Shown piece by piece: positions 8,701 to 17,640 of a stretch of 64,000 nt of DNA. Positions within the stretch are counted from its first letter, which is position 1. Each line of letters begins with the position of its first letter. The stretch is from IMG/VR virus record IMGVR_UViG_3300006119_000007. One strand, given 5' to 3'. The notes under the pieces were generated by a model, which saw nothing but the letters and a program-made list of their open reading frames with translations, did no database searches and was not told the DNA's origin. This DNA comes from an uncultured virus (IMG/VR IMGVR_UViG_3300006119_000007) (lineage: Duplodnaviria > Heunggongvirae > Uroviricota > Caudoviricetes). A program made the translations under genes and the position numbers.

Positions 8701-9611
8701 TCTCCAGATAATTTAATTGAAGACGCTAATTTCTCGTCTTTATATTTCAAACGAATAGACATAATAAGCATTTTATTTGATTCAACTCGAATACTATTAT
8801 CTCCTGAAAGTTTAAGATCCACTCCATATTTAGAAATAAAGTCGCACTTCTCATTGAGTATAGGATGAGTAATCTCTGCCGTGAAAGGCGATTGCTCACC
8901 CTTACCTGTAATCTTTACGTATGGAGGATACACTATCTCTGCATCAAGCCATTCATCGAGCATGTGATGCACTAATTTATGAGGCTTCATTCGGCTATAG
9001 CATTCAAAAATATCGTCACGAAGATCCATTAATAGTTTATCACCTATAGCTATCGTTTGCTTACGAACTCCAGGATTCGATCGGAGATAAGCTTTTCTCT
9101 TCTCTGCAGATTCTGGAAGACTTAATTTTTTAACAGCGTCTTCAGTGACCTTTTCAATCTTCTTTACTAAATTAAGCTTTAGTATTTTATCAATCGTGCC
9201 AATTCCTGGATTCTTAAAAGCAATATCTTTTTTAGCTGAACTTGTTGACTTTGCAGAGATACCAAGATAGCCATCGGCTGGTCCTGAAGAAAATTGAACA
9301 AGAACATCGGCAGGATTTCCATTCTGAGGAACTTCTCTACCAACTATTCGAGTGATAGCTCCTGGCTTTGAAGTCCACCACACTCCTTTGATCCCTCCAG
9401 TGTATTTGTTCTTGTAAGCCCATTTCAAAAATTCTTGAGCCATCTTTTCTGCACGGCCAATTGCAACTTCAGCCTCTTCTTTAGTGATCTCTCCAATCCT
9501 CTTGTTATAATGATTCTGCGCGTCAGCACCGACCTTTGCCCAATTCCGATTGGCTAAAACAAAGGCAATGTGTAATTCGTTGACGTCGGAGATAAGAGTA
9601 TTGGCAGTCAT
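8697..9611 (-). CDS. PD-(D/E)XK restriction-endonuclease-like protein
   Basis: NPADVLVQF...YLGISAKS catalytic pattern with an N-terminal DVNE helix. Confidence 0.6.
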   Translation of the reverse strand: MTANTLISDVNELHIAFVLANRNWAKVGADAQNHYNKRIGEITKEEAEVAIGRAEKMAQEFLKWAYKNKYTGGIKGVWWTSKPGAITRIVGREVPQNGNPADVLVQFSSGPADGYLGISAKSTSSAKKDIAFKNPGIGTIDKILKLNLVKKIEKVTEDAVKKLSLPESAEKRKAYLRSNPGVRKQTIAIGDKLLMDLRDDIFECYSRMKPHKLVHHMLDEWLDAEIVYPPYVKITGKGEQSPFTAEITHPILNEKCDFISKYGVDLKLSGDNSIRVESNKMLIMSIRLKYKDEKLASSIKLSGE

Positions 9612-9618
9612 TTGGTCT

Positions 9619-9626
9619 TATTTATT
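9619..9626 (-). promoter_or_regulatory. Late promoter variant AATAAATA
   Basis: Immediately upstream of the nuclease-GT-GT operon. Confidence 0.5.
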
Positions 9627-9644
9627 CGACCAAATGACAAACCT

Positions 9645-10184
9645 TTACTTTCTTATATAGTCTGGATCATACTTGTTCCAGGAAGCATTCTTAAACTTCT
9701 TTTGCTGCGAGAAGTTAGCATGAAGTCCTACTTCTCTACCATAAGCATCAAACTCCCATGGTAAATCGTAGTAGTCTATCTTTCGAGTATCGTATTTCTT
9801 TTTCTTCCAGACTATGACATGTAGGCTGCTCGTATCTCTTAATTCTCCGAGTACGTACTGCTTTACGTGAGCGCACTCATGAGCAAGTGCGCGAAGCAAC
9901 CCATGTATCTGCATACTGGCGTCAATGTTTATCTCAAATTCTCTTGGCTCATCTTCGTCATCCTCCCACATTACGTCAGCACGGCAACCACACCTTTCGT
10001 AATAGTCTTTTCTGAGTTTAATAACGAGCATTACCTCATAGTAATTATGAGGTAATAACTTCTTCAAATAAAAGCTGGCCGCTTCTGCCACCAGCTCTCT
10101 TTGAAGTTTTGATCCGCCTGAGACTGCTATCTCACTGTCCATTGATGGCCGCAATTTTTCTGTCTTCGTCGGATAAAAGGGCAA
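9645..10184 (-). CDS. Zincin-like metallopeptidase (start may be 10142)
   Basis: LAHECAHVKQY HExxH motif and YYDLPWE.DAY, a conserved T4-like family. Confidence 0.8.
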   Translation of the reverse strand: MPFYPTKTEKLRPSMDSEIAVSGGSKLQRELVAEAASFYLKKLLPHNYYEVMLVIKLRKDYYERCGCRADVMWEDDEDEPREFEINIDASMQIHGLLRALAHECAHVKQYVLGELRDTSSLHVIVWKKKKYDTRKIDYYDLPWEFDAYGREVGLHANFSQQKKFKNASWNKYDPDYIRK

Positions 10185-10338
10185 AAAGTAAATTAATGCC
10201 TGAAAGCATCAATTCCACGAATGCTGCGTTATAACGGTGGTCAAAAGCATTATGAATGGCAAAGCCAATCATCATTCCTGATGACATGTAACTAAGGCGA
10301 TATAAGTAGTTTTCGGCGAATTTTACAAATCGGTTCAT
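10132..10338 (-). CDS. Small membrane protein
   Basis: 68 aa with two hydrophobic segments. Confidence 0.55.
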   Translation of the reverse strand: MNRFVKFAENYLYRLSYMSSGMMIGFAIHNAFDHRYNAAFVELMLSGINLLFALLSDEDRKIAAINGQ

Positions 10339-10352
10339 ATAGTAGTAATAAT

Positions 10353-10556
10353 TTATTCTTCTAGTTTGTTGATGTAGTTGTCTGCGTTGTATTTAGTAAT
10401 CTCTCTGGCCTCTTGCTCGATCTCTCGCTGAGAGACAGGGATTACTCCAAGAGCTATCGTTTCTTGCCTAGCTCCGAAAAGTTTTAATAATTTCTGAATA
10501 ACTGCGGGTTTGTTTACCTTATATCTTCCATCTGGAAGAAGGGATAATAAATTCAT
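10353..10556 (-). CDS. Hypothetical protein
   Basis: 67 aa ORF fitting the gene packing. Confidence 0.55.
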   Translation of the reverse strand: MNLLSLLPDGRYKVNKPAVIQKLLKLFGARQETIALGVIPVSQREIEQEAREITKYNADNYINKLEE

Positions 10557-10594
10557 GAACTGTCACTCTAACAATTTGTTGACTGAAAAAGAAC

Positions 10595-10704
10595 GAAAAA
10601 AATAAGGATCGAGTTGGCCAAGAGGTTTTTGCTATATCCGTAAGTCAGGCCAGTTATTGTTTTTGTTTTGTTTGTTGTTTAGTTGATCCTAACCAACTCG
10701 ATCC
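10595..10704 (-). ncRNA. Candidate small structured RNA
   Basis: Perfect 12-bp inverted repeat (10606-10617 / 10693-10704) encloses a 75-nt A/C-rich loop and is followed by a U-tract on the minus strand. Confidence 0.45.
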
Positions 10705-10723
10705 AAAGTGAGAAAAAGACGTA

Positions 10724-10870
10724 TTACTTTTTAATATCGCCTTTGATAGTATCTACTGCATTTTTGATGGTGTCTTCTGTGGCATTGATTTCACCCTGGA
10801 GTTTGGTTCCACAGAAATATCCTGCATAGAAAGAAATACCACAAAGAACTATGATAAAAAATAAGGTCAT
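10724..10870 (-). CDS. Small membrane protein, 48 aa (MTLFFIIVLCGISFYAGYFCG...), not in the ORF track
   Basis: ATGA overlap with the upstream gene; N-terminal TM helix. Confidence 0.65.
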   Translation of the reverse strand: MTLFFIIVLCGISFYAGYFCGTKLQGEINATEDTIKNAVDTIKGDIKK

Positions 10871-11223
10871 TTTGAGAGTTGATATAACTGTGGTTGTTTA
10901 CCACGAACGCCAGGACGCTTTGGAGCTTCACCGACGATCTTAGCGTTTTTCTTTACATAATCAACGAGGTACCAATGGCAGATGCCGGTAGCTTCGAAGA
11001 TTTGATGAAGCGTAAATGGAGTCGTAGGGAACTTGAACTTCTCAACGATTTCTATAGCTTCCGATTTTTTCAAACCACGGCGGAAGGATTCCTTCTTAGG
11101 TGCTTTGACTGGCTTTGGAGCCTTAGGAGCACCTGCTGGTGTTGTAGCAGGAGTTGCTGCAGTTGTTTTTGGTGTTTTAGCAGCAGAGTGACCAGCTGCG
11201 ATAGTTGTTGTTGACGATTGCAT
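10867..11223 (-). CDS. Early basic protein: Ala/Thr/Pro/Lys-rich tail plus putative winged-helix domain
   Basis: First gene after an early promoter; FTLHQIFEATGI...RGKQPQLY resembles a wHTH. Confidence 0.7.
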   Translation of the reverse strand: MQSSTTTIAAGHSAAKTPKTTAATPATTPAGAPKAPKPVKAPKKESFRRGLKKSEAIEIVEKFKFPTTPFTLHQIFEATGICHWYLVDYVKKNAKIVGEAPKRPGVRGKQPQLYQLSK

Positions 11224-11274
11224 ATATTACTCTTATTGGTTAATGTATTAGTTTCGGATGTTAATCCTGAACTT

Positions 11275-11303
11275 ATAGTACAAAATTAAACGCTTTATGT
11301 AAA
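11275..11303 (-). promoter_or_regulatory. Early promoter TTTACA-N17-TACTAT
   Basis: Matches the T4 early/sigma70 consensus, with an AT-rich UP region. Confidence 0.75.
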
Positions 11304-11329
11304 TAAAAAAGTGATATTTTTAAATTTTA

Positions 11330-11354
11330 TAAGCTGTTGATTATCAGCAACTTA
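11330..11354. promoter_or_regulatory. 25-bp palindrome, copy 1 (TAAGCTGTTGATTATCAGCAACTTA), IHF-like half sites
   Basis: Related copies at 31370 and 33590, each upstream of an early promoter. Confidence 0.65.
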
Positions 11355-12044
11355 TGTCCAGAGGGTATCACGATTGTCAATAATCCACTTACAGAACTTC
11401 GTGTCCGTATCATTTAACTTCTTTTCTGCAGCTAGAACATCTTTGTAAACTGCAATGTAGGGTCTTTCATCACTTAGATCAACTAAGGCATAAGCAATAT
11501 CTAGATTTCTTACAAGCTGTGCTCTACCCGTCTTTGCATAATCATAATGTTGATGAATTAGCTTGGCTAATTTTTTATGTTCTTTCGTGGAGTCCCAATC
11601 GATAACTTCAAAACATTTTTTACGCTCGACAAAATCGATTATGCATTGAAGATGAAAGGTAATGATGATATCGCATAAATCAGTTTTCTTAAAAGGAAAC
11701 ACTAGATCTCTCATCTCTTTATGAGGATTCGATAATCTATGTTTGAATTTAAGATAAGAATTACGGATTCTTTGCCGTGTATCATATATGAAACTATTCA
11801 TAGTGTTACGAACAAAGTACTGGATTGGATAGTGCTCTCTTACGTACTTATTGAACTTGTCCCATTCACTTTCTTTCTTGGATTTTTTCATATCATACTT
11901 CATTGCAAAAGGCTCGAGATAAATTGGGCATGGCCAAAACCAAACGCTTTTCTCGCGTTTATTAAAAGCTAGATTCAAATAAGAATCTAGAGTATCGATT
12001 GTAACGTCATCGACGTGGTATCTTGAAATGAATTGTCTACGCAT
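11352..12044 (-). CDS. Hypothetical protein
   Basis: 230 aa ORF. Confidence 0.8.
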   Translation of the reverse strand: MRRQFISRYHVDDVTIDTLDSYLNLAFNKREKSVWFWPCPIYLEPFAMKYDMKKSKKESEWDKFNKYVREHYPIQYFVRNTMNSFIYDTRQRIRNSYLKFKHRLSNPHKEMRDLVFPFKKTDLCDIIITFHLQCIIDFVERKKCFEVIDWDSTKEHKKLAKLIHQHYDYAKTGRAQLVRNLDIAYALVDLSDERPYIAVYKDVLAAEKKLNDTDTKFCKWIIDNRDTLWT

Positions 12045-12579
12045 CTGTGGAATCTATTTCTTCTTGGATTGGTGTATAATCACTAGCATTCTTTTGTGCA
12101 TATTCTGGATTTAGAACTTTGATCCACCCATTATAACTATGAAGAGACCCAATTGATCCCGTCACTTCACAGGTATGAATTGACATGGTCTCGGCCATGT
12201 GTACAATCCCGTTAAAATAACTCCTATAACCATTTAGAATCTCTTGAGCTTTTTCAGGCCATTTCTGTATGATGATTTGAGTATTAGGTGTATACTCTTG
12301 ATGGAAATAGAATCGAAGACTTCCATACTTCTCTTTGACTTGATCTGCCACAATCTGAGGAGGATCTAATCGAATATAGTTGTTTTCGACTTCATCATGA
12401 ACTACGAACCCAGTGCTATACGTATTCTGTAATGCTTCGCAAAGTACATCTATAAGATGGTACCAACCGTCCTCACACTCAAATCCCCAGCACATAGCAG
12501 TTGTACGCGGATCTCCGTTTCGATTGACGAAGATCTTGGGGTACTTCTTGCAGAGTGAGGAATCGAGTTCAGGACTCAT
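12037..12579 (-). CDS. Conserved phage hypothetical protein
   Basis: GFECEDGWYHLI...QVKEKYGSLRFY...CEVTG family motif. Confidence 0.8.
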   Translation of the reverse strand: MSPELDSSLCKKYPKIFVNRNGDPRTTAMCWGFECEDGWYHLIDVLCEALQNTYSTGFVVHDEVENNYIRLDPPQIVADQVKEKYGSLRFYFHQEYTPNTQIIIQKWPEKAQEILNGYRSYFNGIVHMAETMSIHTCEVTGSIGSLHSYNGWIKVLNPEYAQKNASDYTPIQEEIDSTDA

Positions 12580-12582
12580 GAA

Positions 12583-12885
12583 TTAGCTTTCTTGGTTTGA
12601 GGAACCTGAAGACCGGTGGTGAATATCATATGGTTGAGCAAACCAATGGATCGTATCTGTAGATAGTCTTTTCTCTTCTAGATCCATTCTTGCAGCGCGT
12701 TCATTTGCTGTCGCAGTTGCCTTTAATTGAGGAGCTGGACGAGGGAATGAAGTTATACCTCTGCACGTTTTTACGAGTTCAATCATTGCTTTTACTTTTC
12801 GACGGTAGTTGTATGAGTCAAAAAGACGATAGTGCTTTGGATTGAAATCGACTTTTGGTTCTGAACTGTTTTTATATTTTTCCAT
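12583..12885 (-). CDS. Hypothetical protein
   Basis: 100 aa ORF. Confidence 0.7.
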   Translation of the reverse strand: MEKYKNSSEPKVDFNPKHYRLFDSYNYRRKVKAMIELVKTCRGITSFPRPAPQLKATATANERAARMDLEEKRLSTDTIHWFAQPYDIHHRSSGSSNQES

Positions 12886-12891
12886 AGTGTA

Positions 12892-13476
12892 TTATCGAGT
12901 TATTGCAAATGCTAAGTCTTGAAATTTGTGTCCAATATAGATTAAAACGTTGGCGATTCTTTTTGTTACTATCCTGTATGGTCTAGTGTTGAATAAGTAC
13001 TTGTTCTGCCATTTTGCGTTTTCGATCTCTTGGTCTCTCTTCCATCTCTCTAATGATTCTTTCCTGGGACCATTGTCTTCTGCAGTGAACTCTGCAAGTT
13101 TAACTTTTTTGAGTACGCCATTATTAAAGGTGAACATCCACTCGCTGAAGCAATCCCACTTGTCATTGACATCTCGCGTGTAGTCGTATCCGAATACTTC
13201 ACCTGTGAATTTTACTTTTTTCAGATATTCGCCATCGTGCTCGAGGTGACCTAGATTGTCAAGAGGACTTTCGGATTTATCTTTTTCCGGAACTATCCAC
13301 CTGCAATTTTTATACTCTTTGACATAAAGCATCTTGTTTTTGATGACATAGTTACTCATGTCATTATTGAAGTCTTTTGTCTGGAGTTGCCAGGACTTCT
13401 TTTTATCGAAGTCTAGCAGACGCATCTCATCATTGAGAGGAAGCTTTTCAGCGTGTAAGTAGTCGAACATTCCCAT
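12892..13476 (-). CDS. Conserved phage hypothetical protein (MGMFD family)
   Basis: MGMFDY...QTKDF...Y.I...L...F.NG pattern; has its own early promoter. Confidence 0.8.
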   Translation of the reverse strand: MGMFDYLHAEKLPLNDEMRLLDFDKKKSWQLQTKDFNNDMSNYVIKNKMLYVKEYKNCRWIVPEKDKSESPLDNLGHLEHDGEYLKKVKFTGEVFGYDYTRDVNDKWDCFSEWMFTFNNGVLKKVKLAEFTAEDNGPRKESLERWKRDQEIENAKWQNKYLFNTRPYRIVTKRIANVLIYIGHKFQDLAFAITR

Positions 13477-13498
13477 TGTAGTAATTTGTTGAGAGTAT

Positions 13499-13526
13499 AC
13501 TATATCAAGTTTGAGCGGATTGTAAA
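13499..13526 (-). promoter_or_regulatory. Early promoter TTTACA-N16-TATAGT
   Basis: Consensus match upstream of ORF 12892..13476. Confidence 0.6.
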
Positions 13527-13648
13527 TCTAAAACAGCATCATTGAATAATTCTTTTTGAACTTCTAATTCAAAGATTGGAATCGTCTTTTCGATGTATGG
13601 TTCGAATGCTTCGGAGATATCTGCAAAAGTCATTTGTTTAGTTTTCAT
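13505..13648 (-). CDS. Small hypothetical protein, 47 aa (MKTKQMTFADISEAF...), not in the ORF track
   Basis: Fills the gap directly after gene 41. Confidence 0.45.
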   Translation of the reverse strand: MKTKQMTFADISEAFEPYIEKTIPIFELEVQKELFNDAVLDLQSAQT

Positions 13649-13654
13649 AGGTGA

Positions 13655-15025
13655 TTATTCTACTTGAAATCCTGAGAAGTTGTGATCTTTCTTTGGTGAA
13701 AATTTAGAGTTTGGACTATCTTTCGTGAGTGTTTGAGCTTTATTCTCTACATCATAAAGTTTCATCTTGGATCGATCGACTCCAATCACGAACCTTTTGT
13801 TCTTTATGATATCGTTATAACGATTCTTGAGTTGTTTCACCATGATTTGCCCGATCTTTTCAAGCTCTTCAGTTGAGATCAAAGCAAACATTAAGTCTGC
13901 CGTCGCTGGAAGACCAAATGATTCAGAAGTATCGGTCAACTCTACATCTGTGTTACCAAATCCAGACCTCGTTGTTTGCGTCGCAGAGAAGATGGGAACA
14001 TCAAACTCCACAGCCAATCCTCTCATCTCCTCCGCGATCGCTTTTACGAATGAGTATGTATTTACGCCGCCACTAAGTCCACGGATTCTTTCCGAGGAAC
14101 AAATATTCAAATAGTCAATAAAGATCACATCTGGCTTGAAATCTTTCTTTAATTTCAATTCATTCAAGAGAGCTCGAAAATGACCCGAGTGTGCAGAAGC
14201 CGTAGGATACTCTTTAATGATAAGCTTTCCTGTCGTATTCGCAGCGATCTTCGTCATTTTATTATCAAACATCTCACGAGGAAGAGTCTCCAATTGATCG
14301 ATCGCGATGTTCATGAGGTTTGCATCGATACGTTCCGCGATCCTTTCCTCAGACATTTCCATTGTGATATAAAGAACGTTCTTGCCCTGAGATAATGCAG
14401 AAGATGCAACATGGCACATGAAGAGTGATTTACCAACACCAGTTCCTGCAAGAGCGATATTCAGAGTCTTCTTTGGAACTCCACCCTTCGTGATCGTATT
14501 AAACATCTCCAAGTCAAATGGAAGACGATCCTCGATCTTATGATAGAAGTCAAATCGATCATCGGCGTCTGCGATATAATCATGACCAACACTGTTATCG
14601 AAGTTGATACTTAGAGCTTTCTGGAGTATGTCAGGGATTGCAGTTTGAGCCTTCGTCTTGCTCTTTCCTTCTATGATCTGAATAGACTCCATGATCGCCA
14701 AGAACACCGCACGGTCCTTACACCATTTCTCAGTGTGTTCTTCCAACCATTTTTCTTCAACGACAGGATTCTCGTTTAAAGATTCAACGATCTTTACAGC
14801 CTGAGGATATGTTTCCTCAGAGAGATCTGCGCTCTCTAACTCAATGGATAACGATGTCGAGGTCGGCAGCTTGTTATACTTCGAGATGAAGTTGAGTATA
14901 ATTCGATACACGCCTTTATGAGCGCCTTCGAAGTACTCGGTTTTAATGAAGGGTAGCACTTTCCTACAGAACTTTTCATCATTGATCAGCTTCTGTAGAA
15001 TCGTTAATTGTAGGTTCGATACCAT
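13655..15025 (-). CDS. 41: Replicative DnaB-like helicase gp41
   Basis: AGTGVGKS Walker A, YITMEM, IIKEYPT, FIDYLNI and SESFGLPATAD. Confidence 0.97.
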   Translation of the reverse strand: MVSNLQLTILQKLINDEKFCRKVLPFIKTEYFEGAHKGVYRIILNFISKYNKLPTSTSLSIELESADLSEETYPQAVKIVESLNENPVVEEKWLEEHTEKWCKDRAVFLAIMESIQIIEGKSKTKAQTAIPDILQKALSINFDNSVGHDYIADADDRFDFYHKIEDRLPFDLEMFNTITKGGVPKKTLNIALAGTGVGKSLFMCHVASSALSQGKNVLYITMEMSEERIAERIDANLMNIAIDQLETLPREMFDNKMTKIAANTTGKLIIKEYPTASAHSGHFRALLNELKLKKDFKPDVIFIDYLNICSSERIRGLSGGVNTYSFVKAIAEEMRGLAVEFDVPIFSATQTTRSGFGNTDVELTDTSESFGLPATADLMFALISTEELEKIGQIMVKQLKNRYNDIIKNKRFVIGVDRSKMKLYDVENKAQTLTKDSPNSKFSPKKDHNFSGFQVE

Positions 15026-15356
15026 TTGATTGTTCTTGTGAGCCTAATTTATATTTGCCCGTGTCCAACGCGTTTTGAATGATGTGACTTAGTATGTCTC
15101 CTAATAGGTTCTTAAACTCTGATGTTTTTTCTAGTTTTTTCTTATTGTGCTTCTTAGGAGACTCATTAATAATGAATTGAAATGAGAGAGTAGCGCCATC
15201 GCCGTCCTCATTGGTCTTTATTCCAACTTTACCATAAGTAACGATTACATCTTTGTACTTGCCTTTTTTAATCTTCACTGAGTACATCAGTGAATCTGGC
15301 TTCTCTACAAAGTTGTAGTCGTCCTCAGTGATTCGATTAATTCTCTTCGTCGTCAT
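14979..15356 (-). CDS. Conserved hypothetical protein at the gene 40 position
   Basis: Lies between uvsX and 41; GKYKDVIVTYGKV...LGDILSHII. Start chosen at MTTKR. Confidence 0.7.
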   Translation of the reverse strand: MTTKRINRITEDDYNFVEKPDSLMYSVKIKKGKYKDVIVTYGKVGIKTNEDGDGATLSFQFIINESPKKHNKKKLEKTSEFKNLLGDILSHIIQNALDTGKYKLGSQEQSNGIEPTINDSTEADQ

Positions 15357-16383
15357 CTTTAATAGAAGGTGTATCGGTATTGACTGCGCCCATTCCAAGC
15401 TTGTACTTGGAACGAACATAGTCTTTAAACTCCTGAGAAGCTAAGATAGGATCCCAGAATTCTGTCGTGTAGGTATCTGCTTCACGACTCTTCTTCTGAG
15501 AACCTTTAATCGAATACCAACCCATGCTGGGTTTCACTACAAAACCACCTTCTAACGCAACATCAAGGAGACCTGAGTACTTCTCGATACCGCGTGCAAA
15601 TGATACTGAAACTGGAACTTTGCTCTTTTCACGAACAAAACGACTCTTGTCCACATTGATCACGAAGTTATACCCGTTCAGTCCTTCCGCGTCTTTATCT
15701 TGTTGACGACCTAGTATCCATACAGTGTCAGCACTATAGTAGATACCAGTACCACCAGAGAGAACATCCTTTGGATACATATCCTGTGTTTTATAAGTGT
15801 GACCTACACAGATGAGAGGTATATCATTTAAGTGAAGGTATGGAGTAATCATACGGAACAAACTCTTGAATGCTTTTGCTCGAGTCATATCAGCGACTGA
15901 CTTTTCATTTAAAGCATCTTCAACTTCTTTCTTCGAAGCAAGATTACCAACCGAGTCGATGAAGATAAGAATCTTATCTCCTTTTGCGATGTTGGCCAAT
16001 TGATTCATTAAGTCGAATTTAAGTTCTTCGATATTACGAATTGGGCTATGAATTACTTTATCAGTATCAATACCGAAGGTCTTCCAATAATCAAGCGGAG
16101 AACCGAATTCAGAATCATAGAAAAGAATCGCTGCATCAGGATATTGTCTTAGATAAGATGCAACCATGATAAGACCGAATGATGTCTTAAAGTGTTTTGA
16201 AGGACCAGCGAGTACAGTTAATCCACTCGTGAGTCCACGCTCGAGATCTCCGGAGAGAGCTACATTAAGCATTGGGACGTCTGTCGCGATATCGTCCTTT
16301 TTGTTAAAAACCGTCGAGTTCGAGAGGACTGAGGTGAGTTCTAACTTAGAGTTTTTCTTGAGTTTTTCGAGTAGTGTAGACAT
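15337..16383 (-). CDS. uvsX: RecA-like recombinase UvsX
   Basis: AGPSKHFKT, FYDSEFG, DSVGNLASKKE and GGTGIYYSAD. Confidence 0.97.
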   Translation of the reverse strand: MSTLLEKLKKNSKLELTSVLSNSTVFNKKDDIATDVPMLNVALSGDLERGLTSGLTVLAGPSKHFKTSFGLIMVASYLRQYPDAAILFYDSEFGSPLDYWKTFGIDTDKVIHSPIRNIEELKFDLMNQLANIAKGDKILIFIDSVGNLASKKEVEDALNEKSVADMTRAKAFKSLFRMITPYLHLNDIPLICVGHTYKTQDMYPKDVLSGGTGIYYSADTVWILGRQQDKDAEGLNGYNFVINVDKSRFVREKSKVPVSVSFARGIEKYSGLLDVALEGGFVVKPSMGWYSIKGSQKKSREADTYTTEFWDPILASQEFKDYVRSKYKLGMGAVNTDTPSIKDDDEEN

Positions 16384-16401
16384 AATAATTGGTATGTACT
16401 A

Positions 16402-16429
16402 AATATAACAAGTACTGCGTAACTGTACA
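16402..16429 (-). promoter_or_regulatory. Promoter TGTACA-N16-TATATT (uvsX)
   Basis: Consensus-like, intergenic. Confidence 0.6.
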
Positions 16430-16440
16430 ACTTATTGTGT

Positions 16441-17640
16441 TTAGGCAAAAAATTTGTCTAACGATTCTGATCTATGATCAGACATATAAGTCTTTGTTTT
16501 ATTATCAATGACCGCAAAGCTAGAATCAATTAAGTCTGACTTATCTTTGAGGTAACTGACAATCTCAGCAGCCATATCTTGAGCAGTTGTAACTGGAACG
16601 TTCTGGCAAATATGATTTAGATTTCTGAGTCCTCCTTGGAGTTGAAAATCCTTTGGAAGCTTCATGATCTCTAAACATTCACGTATTGTCAAATAGCGAT
16701 CTTCATCCGGATGAGATAAACTCATAGGATAGTGACCAACGAAAGCTCCAATATAATCCTTTGGAATCTCCGTGATTTTTCTCATTATGTTTCCACCTGC
16801 ATCTAACTTCTTTTGAATAGTGGAACACCTAGTAATAAGCTTTTGGTCTATTCCTTTTTCTTTAAACCAAGCAGCTACATTATTATAATTGTAGCCTCTG
16901 TTTTCAAGATAGTCCATCGCGCCAATTGATCTCTCGATGCTGCGCTGAAATTCCATGTGAGAAATTCCCTGATGTATTTCTTCTAATACGAATCGATAGA
17001 ATGGATCTTGACTCGGAGTCTTCTTATTCGTAAGCTGACTCATTGGATCGCTACTCTTTGTAGCGCCTTTACGAATTGTATCCTCTATTCGTTCATGATC
17101 GCGATCATAGTATTTGAATAGAGGCACTTTATTACCACGAAAGAAAAAGTAGAATGTACGATCTCTCACTTGAGATAATCCATGTAAGATAGACTTCGTC
17201 TTATAGATCATGAATGTATATCCATTGTCTTTACCTATCTTACGAAGTTTAGCTACAACTGGTTCACCCATCTTTGAGGCTAAGCGTGGAGCGTTTTCAC
17301 CCCAGAATACCTGAGGCTGTATGTTTTCTAGAACAAACTTAGCCGTTTCACTCATCCAATCATTTGCAGCTGCATCAGATTTTGCAGAAGGAGATAAAGA
17401 ACTTAATCCTGCGCAAGGGCATACGGTATTGACTACGTCAATCTTTCCTTTACGCAAATTTACTTTATCATTCTTATCGATAAGCGCGTATTGCACCTCA
17501 TCATTATAATACTTTACTATATGCTGATCGTTATTAGAGAAAAGAGAATATGAAAGGATGTATTCTGGCCGTGAACCAAATACATTTTGCATGGCGATTG
17601 TCTCACCACCTATTAAGGGAACAATTGATGCGTACTTCAT
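16441..17640 (-). CDS. DNA cytosine-C5 methyltransferase-like protein with atypical SAM motifs
   Basis: Motif IV CPCAGLS, VI ENAP, VIII QVRDR and IX RYLTIRECLEIM..P are present. Motif I reads IVPLIGG and motif X reads CQNVP. Confidence 0.85.
   Translation of the reverse strand: MKYASIVPLIGGETIAMQNVFGSRPEYILSYSLFSNNDQHIVKYYNDEVQYALIDKNDKVNLRKGKIDVVNTVCPCAGLSSLSPSAKSDAAANDWMSETAKFVLENIQPQVFWGENAPRLASKMGEPVVAKLRKIGKDNGYTFMIYKTKSILHGLSQVRDRTFYFFFRGNKVPLFKYYDRDHERIEDTIRKGATKSSDPMSQLTNKKTPSQDPFYRFVLEEIHQGISHMEFQRSIERSIGAMDYLENRGYNYNNVAAWFKEKGIDQKLITRCSTIQKKLDAGGNIMRKITEIPKDYIGAFVGHYPMSLSHPDEDRYLTIRECLEIMKLPKDFQLQGGLRNLNHICQNVPVTTAQDMAAEIVSYLKDKSDLIDSSFAVIDNKTKTYMSDHRSESLDKFFA

Noticed and set aside
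10620..10660. AUAACU-GGC resembling a tmRNA resume context, or a tRNA
   Set aside because: No tRNA-like domain, T-loop, CCA end or pseudoknots; kept only as a generic ncRNA candidate.
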